From Flectonema sp. DT1601 (Eukaryota), in contig OZ025785.1 in assembly GCA_964019425.1 (NCBI GenBank), positions 1,674,001 to 1,732,528 of the forward strand: a DNA stretch of 58,528 nt. The letters run 5' to 3'. Every line of letters begins with the position of its first letter. Position 1 is the first letter of the stretch. This document shows, one piece after another, positions 45,874 through 57,797 of this stretch. The position numbers and the translations under genes are program-made. Under the pieces are notes generated by a model, which saw only the letters and a list, made by a program, of their open reading frames with translations, did no database searches and was not told the origin of the DNA.

Positions 45874-48800
45874 TCTGAACCATCTCCACCTTGGGTTCGA
45901 ATTGTTTTTGGATCGACTTTTCATCTTCTTCATCTTGTTGTTGTTTTTTTGATATTCCCTTCGTTTGTGTTGCTCTCGTCACTCATTGGCTCTTGTTATG
46001 CCAGAACATTAAAAAAAAAAAAAAAAAAAAAAAAGAAGTATTAATCGACTTGTTTTTCAGTTCTTTTTAATTTTTATATAAACATTGCACGCAGGGATTG
46101 CTCGGAGTAACTTCACCCATTTGAAAATCTCCTGGCAACCCCTGCGTGCATTGGGGTTTTGGGGTTCTTTTTTCTTTTGTACAAATAACCGGAAGTCATT
46201 TTCACCTAATTTAATATCTTCCGGGTACTGCTTTAATTTGTTCTGTTTTGTTAATTTTCTTGAAAAGAATACTTGCCCTCCATAATAGCGACTGTACTTC
46301 CTGTCTCGATCGTCCAATCCCACACCCAAACCCATAGCCACCAAAAAAAATAAACAAATAAATAATAGTAATTAAAAAAAAAAAAAACTTCACCGACCAT
46401 TCTTCATGTTTTTTCTCAATTTCGCACATCCCAATCTCTGCCCCTCTTTTTTCAGGTGTACAGTCGCTGAATGAATATTAGTGTCTTGCCTTTTCCTTTT
46501 TTTTAATTTTAATTTTAATTTTAATTTTTTGTTTTTTTTCAACACACTCGCAAGTAAAAACCCTTCTTCCCTTTCCTCATCGTTGAGTAACTTTTCACAC
46601 TCACTCACCGTTTTAATCTCATTAGGGTGGAGGGGGGAATACTTGCACGGAGAGTTTACCTTGATATTCATTTTAGTTTTTACACGCAATGCTTCACTTT
46701 TCTTAATTGGGTGGTTGTGTATGTTTTTTTCTCGTAAGGTTGGAAAGAAAGGAAATTGTCCGATTTTCCGTCGGTTGGTGTGTCTGTGGAAAGATTTGTT
46801 TTGTTGGAGGAGGTTGTATGTTTCCTTTTCTGGTTTTCTGGTTTTCTTTTTTTTTTTTTTTTTTGTGAGATGTGGTTTTTAGGATGTTTATTTATCTTTT
46901 TTTTTTTTTTGGGTGTCCTTGTGTTGGATTCCAAAATGCAAATTAAGTAAAATAAAATAAAATGAATTCCTTTTTCTTTCTTTCTTCTTCATTCTAATCA
47001 GTCCAGTGACCGTTGGTCCTGTCTTGATTAGTTTTGTGGTTGTCAGAAAGAAGTGACCGTGTTCCCTTTTGCCCCCGTGTTGCGGGAGGTTTGTTTCTGT
47101 TTTATATTTTTGGGAAAAAGAGATGAAACCTAAGCTGTGGCAGCGACCTTTTTCTTTTCTTCAATTTGATTCTTTCATTTTGACTTCTGTTTGTGTGATG
47201 TGTCACAACAACTGAGAGGAGCCAACCTGTCAGTGTTGTTGTGTATTCCGCAGACGGATTCGATTCCATCTCATTTTGGAGATGAGAGAGATGGGAGTCG
47301 ATTATATTTATTTGGGTCTGCTGTTAGCACAGTTGTACTCTTTTTGTGATTTCATGTATCTTGTTGGTCATGTCTGCTTTGCTTGGTTTCATCTGCTTCT
47401 GCGCGGTCCGAATTCAAGACTGCTGCTTGTTGGGTTTAGAGCAGTGGGTCTAATTAATAGTTGATAATAACTTGTTGAATGTGTGTTCCCATTATTTATT
47501 ATCATCATCATCGTTCTTCCCTCAGTTCCTCTGCGAAGTCGCGGAGGGGTATGAGGAAAATGATAAATGTGATGATGATGATGAAAATGATGGGTTTTTC
47601 TTGAAAACATGTGTATTCCCTGCTTCTGTGGGTGTTTGCTTTGTTTTCTTCCCTTTCCGTTGAATATTAATTTACACTATTCTTTTCCTTTTTCCTTTTT
47701 CCTTTTATTTTTCTTTCTTGTGGGTTGTTGTTGTTATTGTTAACATTATAGTGCACAACACAACACAACCCACAAAAACACATGCTCTCTCTCCTTCCTG
47801 TCTTCTTCTTCTTCATGTCTTCTCATGTATGTTGAAGTGTTAGGTTGGAGGGAAATCACCATCTGGCTTCTCGTTCTTCGTTTCCTCCGTTTTCGGAGTG
47901 GTTGAAGGAGAGGCGATTAATCCTTTTTTTAGGCTAATGTCCTTGTTTTGAGTTCTGTTTTGTTTTGTTTTTTTAGTTTTTTTTATTTTCATCAGTTCAG
48001 TTTATATCGAATATTTGATTGTTAGTTTTTGAGAAGTAAATGTGTTTTGAGTGATCTCCGTTGAAGATAGAGATCGTTGTAAAAGTGTTTTCTTTTTTTG
48101 TTTATTTTACCGTTGATGTGCCTTTCTTGGACAGCTTCGGGTGCATACAACCGACTCCTTCATTTTTTAATCTTCTTCAGCAATACCCTTCCTTTTGTTT
48201 TTTAATTGTAGCCTTACATTATCATTACACCAACCTCCCCAGTTGAAGCATTGCAATTTTTAATTTCCAAAAGAATATCTGAATCTGTGAAAGTGTGTTG
48301 GGTCCTTTTTTGTTTTTATTTTTATTTTTATTTTAATTCCATCTCTTTTTTCCTTCAACCGTTTATCCTCGTTTTTCTCTTTTCGAGTACAGGATAAAGA
48401 AGGAAGTGAAGTGATGGCGATGAGGCAAGGAATAAAGTGTTTTTCTTAAAAAAAAATAAAAATAAGGCAAGTAACATGGGGGAAACTTTCCCTGTGTAAT
48501 CTTCAAAAAAATAAAAAAAAAATAAAAAAAAGGGGTTCCACTCCCCGCTAATCAAAAAAAAAACAAACAAATACATACATACATACGTACATAAATAAAA
48601 AAAAACAACCAAGAAAAATAAAAATAATAATAACAAACAAAAAAATATAAATAGCAGGGGAACCTCCCTGTGAAAATAAAATAAAAAAAAAATACAAAAA
48701 AAGGGTTCCACTTCCCTAATAATTGATGTGTCTCAAAACGTTTGTTGATGTTGTTCAGATTATTGTCTTCTACAGGTTCAGGAAATTTAATGAAAGCCAC

Positions 48801-48951
48801 AAGATGGAGAACAGCAGGGAGGAGGGGGTTCGTTGGGGGGAATAATGTGTTTTGTTTTATTGGGACCCTGAGTACGAGTGATTGGTGTATTGTTGTAATT
48901 ATCTTTTTTATTTCCACAGGCAGCCGTATCGAAAAGTTCTAAACCTAAATC

Positions 48952-49884
48952 ATGTTCTGGACAACGTTAACGCCGTGGGAGTCCGAGGAGGAGATCCAAC
49001 GCGGTGTTGGGAATGAGAGTGGGAGAGGCACCAGTAAGCACGGTGCCTCTCCCAGAAGGGAGCATCAGAGACGGAGAGAGTCTCAGGAGAGGGAACGAAG
49101 GGACTTGCTTCGGGGAGTGAAGGACGCGATTCGTGTTTCGGAAGATCGGGAGCAGCCGGAGGAGCAGCCATCGTTGGTGCAGCCACTACTACTACCACAA
49201 GAACAAGAAGAACATCAACAGCTACAGCATCAACAGCAGCAGCCGTCACTACCACTACCGACGTTATATCGACCAACGCAGCAGGGGGCGACTTCGACAT
49301 TACAACATCAGCAACCTCAGCAAGAACAACGTAGAGGGCAACAACTGCAGCAAGAACAACAACAACAACAACCACTACTACTTCAGCATTCAGTACCTCA
49401 GCCGCTCACATCACAGCGTGTTTGGGGCGAACCACTGGCACAACCACAACCACAACCACAACCACAAGTACGTGCATTGTCGCTGAGCCATCCACAAGCG
49501 ATGATGCCAAACAGACAACCGCGGAGTTCATTCCGAGACCGGATGACCACCGACGCACCAACGGATGGCGACTTCTTCGTGAGACAGCTTTGTGCATGTC
49601 TTCTCGCGACAGTTATTTTGTTGTTATGTGTTGTTTATTTTGCTCGTGCGAACCCCAAAGTCGTTGAAGGATTCGGGGCTTTTTTTTCCGTTTTTCTTTT
49701 CGTAGCGAAATTGTACATTTCTCTTTTCCCTCCTCCTGTACTGATCATTGCGGTGATCAGTAGTTGGTACACGTCTACCGATTGGAAGGAATTTTTGTTT
49801 CGCTTGTGTACTTTTCCCATCCAGGTAGTCGTCTACCTGGGGGGAGTAAGTGGATTGCTGGGAAGTCGCCAGGTTAAGAAATGA
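48952..49884 (+). CDS. Hypothetical 310-aa Q-rich membrane protein, copy 11
   Basis: Translation identical to copy 1. Confidence 0.7.
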   Translation: MFWTTLTPWESEEEIQRGVGNESGRGTSKHGASPRREHQRRRESQERERRDLLRGVKDAIRVSEDREQPEEQPSLVQPLLLPQEQEEHQQLQHQQQQPSLPLPTLYRPTQQGATSTLQHQQPQQEQRRGQQLQQEQQQQQPLLLQHSVPQPLTSQRVWGEPLAQPQPQPQPQVRALSLSHPQAMMPNRQPRSSFRDRMTTDAPTDGDFFVRQLCACLLATVILLLCVVYFARANPKVVEGFGAFFSVFLFVAKLYISLFPPPVLIIAVISSWYTSTDWKEFLFRLCTFPIQVVVYLGGVSGLLGSRQVKK

Positions 49885-52800
49885 TCTGAACCATCTCCAC
49901 CTTGGGTTCGAATTGTTTTTGGATCGACTTTTCATCTTCTTCATCTTGTTGTTGTTTTTTTGATATTCCCTTCGTTTGTGTTGCTCTCGTCACTCATTGG
50001 CTCTTGTTATGCCAGAACATTAAAAAAAAAAAAAAAAAAAAAAAAGAAGTATTAATCGACTTGTTTTTCAGTTCTTTTTAATTTTTATATAAACATTGCA
50101 CGCAGGGATTGCTCGGAGTAACTTCACCCATTTGAAAATCTCCTGGCAACCCCTGCGTGCATTGGGGTTTTGGGGTTCTTTTTTCTTTTGTACAAATAAC
50201 CGGAAGTCATTTTCACCTAATTTAATATCTTCCGGGTACTGCTTTAATTTGTTCTGTTTTGTTAATTTTCTTGAAAAGAATACTTGCCCTCCATAATAGC
50301 GACTGTACTTCCTGTCTCGATCGTCCAATCCCACACCCAAACCCATAGCCACCAAAAAAAATAAACAAATAAATAATAGTAATTAAAAAAAAAAAAAACT
50401 TCACCGACCATTCTTCATGTTTTTTCTCAATTTCGCACATCCCAATCTCTGCCCCTCTTTTTTCAGGTGTACAGTCGCTGAATGAATATTAGTGTCTTGC
50501 CTTTTCCTTTTTTTTAATTTTAATTTTAATTTTAATTTTTTGTTTTTTTTCAACACACTCGCAAGTAAAAACCCTTCTTCCCTTTCCTCATCGTTGAGTA
50601 ACTTTTCACACTCACTCACCGTTTTAATCTCATTAGGGTGGAGGGGGGAATACTTGCACGGAGAGTTTACCTTGATATTCATTTTAGTTTTTACACGCAA
50701 TGCTTCACTTTTCTTAATTGGGTGGTTGTGTATGTTTTTTTCTCGTAAGGTTGGAAAGAAAGGAAATTGTCCGATTTTCCGTCGGTTGGTGTGTCTGTGG
50801 AAAGATTTGTTTTGTTGGAGGAGGTTGTATGTTTCCTTTTCTGGTTTTCTGGTTTTCTGGTTTTCTTTTTTTTTTTTTTTTTTGTGAGATGTGGTTTTTA
50901 GGATGTTTATTTATCTTTTTTTTTTTTTTGGGTGTCCTTGTGTTGGATTCCAAAATGCAAATTAAGTAAAATAAAATAAAATGAATTCCTTTTTCTTTCT
51001 TTCTTCTTCATTCTAATCAGTCCAGTGACCGTTGGTCCTGTCTTGATTAGTTTTGTGGTTGTCAGAAAGAAGTGACCGTGTTCCCTTTTGCCCCCGTGTT
51101 GCGGGAGGTTTGTTTCTGTTTTATATTTTTGGGAAAAAGAGATGAAACCTAAGCTGTGGCAGCGACCTTTTTCTTTTCTTCAATTTGATTCTTTCATTTT
51201 GACTTCTGTTTGTGTGATGTGTCACAACAACTGAGAGGAGCCAACCTGTCAGTGTTGTTGTGTATTCCGCAGACGGATTCGATTCCATCTCATTTTGGAG
51301 ATGAGAGAGATGGGAGTCGATTATATTTATTTGGGTCTGCTGTTAGCACAGTTGTACTCTTTTTGTGATTTCATGTATCTTGTTGGTCATGTCTGCTTTG
51401 CTTGGTTTCATCTGCTTCTGCGCGGTCCGAATTCAAGACTGCTGCTTGTTGGGTTTAGAGCAGTGGGTCTAATTAATAGTTGATAATAACTTGTTGAATG
51501 TGTGTTCCCATTATTTATTATCATCATCATCGTTCTTCCCTCAGTTCCTCTGCGAAGTCGCGGAGGGGTATGAGGAAAATGATAAATGTGATGATGATGA
51601 TGAAAATGATGGGTTTTTCTTGAAAACATGTGTATTCCCTGCTTCTGTGGGTGTTTGCTTTGTTTTCTTCCCTTTCCGTTGAATATTAATTTACACTATT
51701 CTTTTCCTTTTTCCTTTTTCCTTTTATTTTTCTTTCTTGTGGGTTGTTGTTGTTATTGTTAACATTATAGTGCACAACACAACACAACCCACAAAAACAC
51801 ATGCTCTCTCTCCTTCCTGTCTTCTTCTTCTTCATGTCTTCTCATGTATGTTGAAGTGTTAGGTTGGAGGGAAATCACCATCTGGCTTCTCGTTCTTCGT
51901 TTCCTCCGTTTTCGGAGTGGTTGAAGGAGAGGCGATTAATCCTTTTTTTAGGCTAATGTCCTTGTTTTGAGTTCTGTTTTGTTTTGTTTTTTTAGTTTTT
52001 TTTATTTTCATCAGTTCAGTTTATATCGAATATTTGATTGTTAGTTTTTGAGAAGTAAATGTGTTTTGAGTGATCTCCGTTGAAGATAGAGATCGTTGTA
52101 AAAGTGTTTTCTTTTTTTGTTTATTTTACCGTTGATGTGCCTTTCTTGGACAGCTTCGGGTGCATACAACCGACTCCTTCATTTTTTAATCTTCTTCAGC
52201 AATACCCTTCCTTTTGTTTTTTAATTGTAGCCTTACATTATCATTACACCAACCTCCCCAGTTGAAGCATTGCAATTTTTAATTTCCAAAAGAATATCTG
52301 AATCTGTGAAAGTGTGTTGGGTCCTTTTTTGTTTTTATTTTTATTTTTATTTTAATTCCATCTCTTTTTTCCTTCAACCGTTTATCCTCGTTTTTCTCTT
52401 TTCGAGTACAGGATAAAGAAGGAAGTGAAGTGATGGCGATGAGGCAAGGAATAAAGTGTTTTTCTTAAAAAAAAATAAAAATAAGGCAAGTAACATGGGG
52501 GAAACTTTCCCTGTGTAATCTTCAAAAAAATAAAAAAAAAATAAAAAAAAGGGGTTCCACTCCCCGCTAATCAAAAAAAAAACAAACAAATACATACATA
52601 CATACGTACATAAATAAAAAAAAACAACCAAGAAAAATAAAAATAATAATAACAAACAAAAAAATATAAATAGCAGGGGAACCTCCCTGTGAAAATAAAA
52701 TAAAAAAAAAATACAAAAAAAGGGTTCCACTTCCCTAATAATTGATGTGTCTCAAAACGTTTGTTGATGTTGTTCAGATTATTGTCTTCTACAGGTTCAG

Positions 52801-52970
52801 GAAATTTAATGAAAGCCACAAGATGGAGAACAGCAGGGAGGAGGGGGTTCGTTGGGGGGAATAATGTGTTTTGTTTTATTGGGACCCTGAGTACGAGTGA
52901 TTGGTGTATTGTTGTAATTATCTTTTTTATTTCCACAGGCAGCCGTATCGAAAAGTTCTAAACCTAAATC

Positions 52971-53903
52971 ATGTTCTGGACAACGTTAACGCCGTGGGAG
53001 TCCGAGGAGGAGATCCAACGCGGTGTTGGGAATGAGAGTGGGAGAGGCACCAGTAAGCACGGTGCCTCTCCCAGAAGGGAGCATCAGAGACGGAGAGAGT
53101 CTCAGGAGAGGGAACGAAGGGACTTGCTTCGGGGAGTGAAGGACGCGATTCGTGTTTCGGAAGATCGGGAGCAGCCGGAGGAGCAGCCATCGTTGGTGCA
53201 GCCACTACTACTACCACAAGAACAAGAAGAACATCAACAGCTACAGCATCAACAGCAGCAGCCGTCACTACCACTACCGACGTTATATCGACCAACGCAG
53301 CAGGGGGCGACTTCGACATTACAACATCAGCAACCTCAGCAAGAACAACGTAGAGGGCAACAACTGCAGCAAGAACAACAACAACAACAACCACTACTAC
53401 TTCAGCATTCAGTACCTCAGCCGCTCACATCACAGCGTGTTTGGGGCGAACCACTGGCACAACCACAACCACAACCACAACCACAAGTACGTGCATTGTC
53501 GCTGAGCCATCCACAAGCGATGATGCCAAACAGACAACCGCGGAGTTCATTCCGAGACCGGATGACCACCGACGCACCAACGGATGGCGACTTCTTCGTG
53601 AGACAGCTTTGTGCATGTCTTCTCGCGACAGTTATTTTGTTGTTATGTGTTGTTTATTTTGCTCGTGCGAACCCCAAAGTCGTTGAAGGATTCGGGGCTT
53701 TTTTTTCCGTTTTTCTTTTCGTAGCGAAATTGTACATTTCTCTTTTCCCTCCTCCTGTACTGATCATTGCGGTGATCAGTAGTTGGTACACGTCTACCGA
53801 TTGGAAGGAATTTTTGTTTCGCTTGTGTACTTTTCCCATCCAGGTAGTCGTCTACCTGGGGGGAGTAAGTGGATTGCTGGGAAGTCGCCAGGTTAAGAAA
53901 TGA
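52971..53903 (+). CDS. Hypothetical 310-aa Q-rich membrane protein, copy 12
   Basis: Translation identical to copy 1. Confidence 0.7.
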   Translation: MFWTTLTPWESEEEIQRGVGNESGRGTSKHGASPRREHQRRRESQERERRDLLRGVKDAIRVSEDREQPEEQPSLVQPLLLPQEQEEHQQLQHQQQQPSLPLPTLYRPTQQGATSTLQHQQPQQEQRRGQQLQQEQQQQQPLLLQHSVPQPLTSQRVWGEPLAQPQPQPQPQVRALSLSHPQAMMPNRQPRSSFRDRMTTDAPTDGDFFVRQLCACLLATVILLLCVVYFARANPKVVEGFGAFFSVFLFVAKLYISLFPPPVLIIAVISSWYTSTDWKEFLFRLCTFPIQVVVYLGGVSGLLGSRQVKK

Positions 53904-56859
53904 TCTGAACCATCTCCACCTTGGGTTCGAATTGTTTTTGGATCGACTTTTCATCTTCTTCATCTTGTTGTTGTTTTTTTGATATTCCCTTCGTTTGTGT
54001 TGCTCTCGTCACTCATTGGCTCTTGTTATGCCAGAACATTAAAAAAAAAAAAAAAAAAAAAAAAGAAGTATTAATCGACTTGTTTTTCAGTTCTTTTTAA
54101 TTTTTATATAAACATTGCACGCAGGGATTGCTCGGAGTAACTTCACCCATTTGAAAATCTCCTGGCAACCCCTGCGTGCATTGGGGTTTTGGGGTTCTTT
54201 TTTCTTTTGTACAAATAACCGGAAGTCATTTTCACCTAATTTAATATCTTCCGGGTACTGCTTTAATTTGTTCTGTTTTGTTAATTTTCTTGAAAAGAAT
54301 ACTTGCCCTCCATAATAGCGACTGTACTTCCTGTCTCGATCGTCCAATCCCACACCCAAACCCATAGCCACCAAAAAAAATAAACAAATAAATAATAGTA
54401 ATTAAAAAAAAAAAAAACTTCACCGACCATTCTTCATGTTTTTTCTCAATTTCGCACATCCCAATCTCTGCCCCTCTTTTTTCAGGTGTACAGTCGCTGA
54501 ATGAATATTAGTGTCTTGCCTTTTCCTTTTTTTTAATTTTAATTTTAATTTTAATTTTTTGTTTTTTTTCAACACACTCGCAAGTAAAAACCCTTCTTCC
54601 CTTTCCTCATCGTTGAGTAACTTTTCACACTCACTCACCGTTTTAATCTCATTAGGGTGGAGGGGGGAATACTTGCACGGAGAGTTTACCTTGATATTCA
54701 TTTTAGTTTTTACACGCAATGCTTCACTTTTCTTAATTGGGTGGTTGTGTATGTTTTTTTCTCGTAAGGTTGGAAAGAAAGGAAATTGTCCGATTTTCCG
54801 TCGGTTGGTGTGTCTGTGGAAAGATTTGTTTTGTTGGAGGAGGTTGTATGTTTCCTTTTCTGGTTTTCTGGTTTTCTGGTTTTCTTTTTTTTTTTTTTTT
54901 TTGTGAGATGTGGTTTTTAGGATGTTTATTTATCTTTTTTTTTTTTTTGGGTGTCCTTGTGTTGGATTCCAAAATGCAAATTAAGTAAAATAAAATAAAA
55001 TGAATTCCTTTTTCTTTCTTTCTTCTTCATTCTAATCAGTCCAGTGACCGTTGGTCCTGTCTTGATTAGTTTTGTGGTTGTCAGAAAGAAGTGACCGTGT
55101 TCCCTTTTGCCCCCGTGTTGCGGGAGGTTTGTTTCTGTTTTATATTTTTGGGAAAAAGAGATGAAACCTAAGCTGTGGCAGCGACCTTTTTCTTTTCTTC
55201 AATTTGATTCTTTCATTTTGACTTCTGTTTGTGTGATGTGTCACAACAACTGAGAGGAGCCAACCTGTCAGTGTTGTTGTGTATTCCGCAGACGGATTCG
55301 ATTCCATCTCATTTTGGAGATGAGAGAGATGGGAGTCGATTATATTTATTTGGGTCTGCTGTTAGCACAGTTGTACTCTTTTTGTGATTTCATGTATCTT
55401 GTTGGTCATGTCTGCTTTGCTTGGTTTCATCTGCTTCTGCGCGGTCCGAATTCAAGACTGCTGCTTGTTGGGTTTAGAGCAGTGGGTCTAATTAATAGTT
55501 GATAATAACTTGTTGAATGTGTGTTCCCATTATTTATTATCATCATCATCGTTCTTCCCTCAGTTCCTCTGCGAAGTCGCGGAGGGGTATGAGGAAAATG
55601 ATAAATGTGATGATGATGATGAAAATGATGGGTTTTTCTTGAAAACATGTGTATTCCCTGCTTCTGTGGGTGTTTGCTTTGTTTTCTTCCCTTTCCGTTG
55701 AATATTAATTTACACTATTCTTTTCCTTTTTCCTTTTTCCTTTTATTTTTCTTTCTTGTGGGTTGTTGTTGTTATTGTTAACATTATAGTGCACAACACA
55801 ACACAACCCACAAAAACACATGCTCTCTCTCCTTCCTGTCTTCTTCTTCTTCATGTCTTCTCATGTATGTTGAAGTGTTAGGTTGGAGGGAAATCACCAT
55901 CTGGCTTCTCGTTCTTCGTTTCCTCCGTTTTCGGAGTGGTTGAAGGAGAGGCGATTAATCCTTTTTTTAGGCTAATGTCCTTGTTTTGAGTTCTGTTTTG
56001 TTTTGTTTTTTTAGTTTTTTTTATTTTCATCAGTTCAGTTTATATCGAATATTTGATTGTTAGTTTTTGAGAAGTAAATGTGTTTTGAGTGATCTCCGTT
56101 GAAGATAGAGATCGTTGTAAAAGTGTTTTCTTTTTTTGTTTATTTTACCGTTGATGTGCCTTTCTTGGACAGCTTCGGGTGCATACAACCGACTCCTTCA
56201 TTTTTTAATCTTCTTCAGCAATACCCTTCCTTTTGTTTTTTAATTGTAGCCTTACATTATCATTACACCAACCTCCCCAGTTGAAGCATTGCAATTTTTA
56301 ATTTCCAAAAGAATATCTGAATCTGTGAAAGTGTGTTGGGTCCTTTTTTGTTTTTATTTTTATTTTTATTTTAATTCCATCTCTTTTTTCCTTCAACCGT
56401 TTATCCTCGTTTTTCTCTTTTCGAGTACAGGATAAAGAAGGAAGTGAAGTGATGGCGATGAGGCAAGGAATAAAGTGTTTTTCTTAAAAAAAAATAAAAA
56501 TAAGGCAAGTAACATGGGGGAAACTTTCCCTGTGTAATCTTCAAAAAAATAAAAAAAAAATAAAAAAAAGGGGTTCCACTCCCCGCTAATCAAAAAAAAA
56601 AACAAACAAATACATACATACATACATACATACGTACATACGTACATAAATAAAAAAAAACAACCAAGAAAAATAAAAATAATAATAACAAACAAAAAAA
56701 TATAAATAGCAGGGGAACCTCCCTGTGAAAATAAAATAAAAAAAAAATACAAAAAAAGGGTTCCACTTCCCTAATAATTGATGTGTCTCAAAACGTTTGT
56801 TGATGTTGTTCAGATTATTGTCTTCTACAGGTTCAGGAAATTTAATGAAAGCCACAAGA

Positions 56860-57107
56860 TGGAGAGCAGCAGGGAGGAGGGGGTGGAGGGAAAGGAGAAA
56901 AGATAACTTTTGCGAGTTTACGGGTTTACGGGGAACGTAAGTTAGGGGAAATATGTGTTTTGTTTTATTAGGACCCTGAGAACGAGAGACTGGTGTATTG
57001 TTGTAATTTTCTTTTTTATTTACACAAGCAGCCGTATCCAAAGTTCAACACCAATCATGTTCTGGACGACAACTGCAGTCTCGAATAAGTTGGATGTTGT
57101 TAGTTAG
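56860..57107 (+). pseudogene. Diverged terminal unit with a truncated remnant of the 310-aa gene
   Basis: The upstream region is homologous but carries many substitutions and a ~50-nt insertion. The acceptor CCACAGG has become ACACAAG. ATG TTC TGG ACG ACA (MFWTT) is at 57057, homology is then lost, and a TAG follows after 16 codons. Confidence 0.75.
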
Positions 57108-57250
57108 ATATGAATATCATTTCGCTCACAGATAATCGCAGTCCATTTTGAGACACTAAAAAAAGCTTATGCGTGGTGTCTGCAGCCGTGTAATTTCTAA
57201 GCCAAATATCGCAATCTATTTTCCCACAGGGACCTGTAGCACAAAACAAA

Positions 57251-57544
57251 ATGTCCACCTCAAGTCAAGGTGTTCAGCCTGCTGAGAAAGATACAGAGAG
57301 AGCATATCTAAGACTCTTGGACGTGAACACAATGGCGATTGCTGTAACTAACGAAGAACTCGACAAACTCGGCAACATTGCTGTAAAGTCGGAAGAAGCC
57401 TTAACGGGTGATGAGATAACCTTCAAGAACAAATGCCTTTTCCTTTCTGGAACTCTCGAACGTCATAAAGAGAAACTCGGGAACGCATTAGTGGAACAGA
57501 AGGAGGAAAGAAACAAGCTGCTTGACTTGTTGAATACTTCTGAG
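57251..57544 (+). CDS. Exon 1 (98 aa, helical/coiled-coil-like) of a putative HNH-nuclease gene
   Basis: TTTTCCCACAG (AG 57228-57229) lies upstream of the ATG. Protein-like composition ends at ...NTSE, followed by GAG|GTATAC and a T-rich stretch. Confidence 0.6.
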
Positions 57545-57797
57545 GTATACCTTTTACTTTTTGTTTGTAACGCATTTCGGGGGAAACCTGTCTGAACGGG
57601 TCCAACCTTTTTTTGTATTGGTCACATACCTTTTTACTTTTTCTTTGTGTACCTTTACTTTTTTTCTTACACATGTATCGAGGTTCAAAAAGCAATTTCA
57701 GAGAAAAGGTTAAGATCAATCAGTACAGATAATGAACCTTGTCTGAACGGGTCCAACCTTTTTTTGTGTTACTCACCCAATAAATCAATCCAAACAG
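57545..57797 (+). other. Putative 253-nt phase-0 GT-AG intron
   Basis: GTATAC...CAAACAG. Removing it joins exon 1 in frame to a 243-codon open frame. It contains a 28-bp direct repeat (57589-57616, 57740-57767). Confidence 0.55.

Larger units (their letters stand above)
1..57070 (+). repeat. Tandem array of ~13 near-identical ~4.0-kb units, interrupted once by a LINE
   Basis: The same ORF set recurs. The 310-aa ORF starts at 2497, 6540, 10552, 14571, 18618, 22661, 26673, 30692, 40922, 44941, 48952 and 52971, giving spacings of 4043, 4012, 4019, 4047, 4043, 4012, 4019, 10230 (=4011+6219 insert), 4019, 4011 and 4019. The array is already under way at base 1. Confidence 0.98.

Noticed and set aside
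1..57070. rDNA, 5S, tRNA, snRNA or CRISPR array, or a Helitron/plasmid concatemer
   Set aside because: No recognisable rRNA, tRNA or snRNA motifs, no repeat-spacer structure, and no Rep, helicase or transposase ORF in the unit. An Rfam scan is still needed to exclude a divergent RNA gene.
57545..57595. C-terminal VYLLLFVCNAFRGKPV of the 114-aa ORF in the track
   Set aside because: More likely translation into the intron. A GT donor at 57545 gives an in-frame join to the HNH exon.
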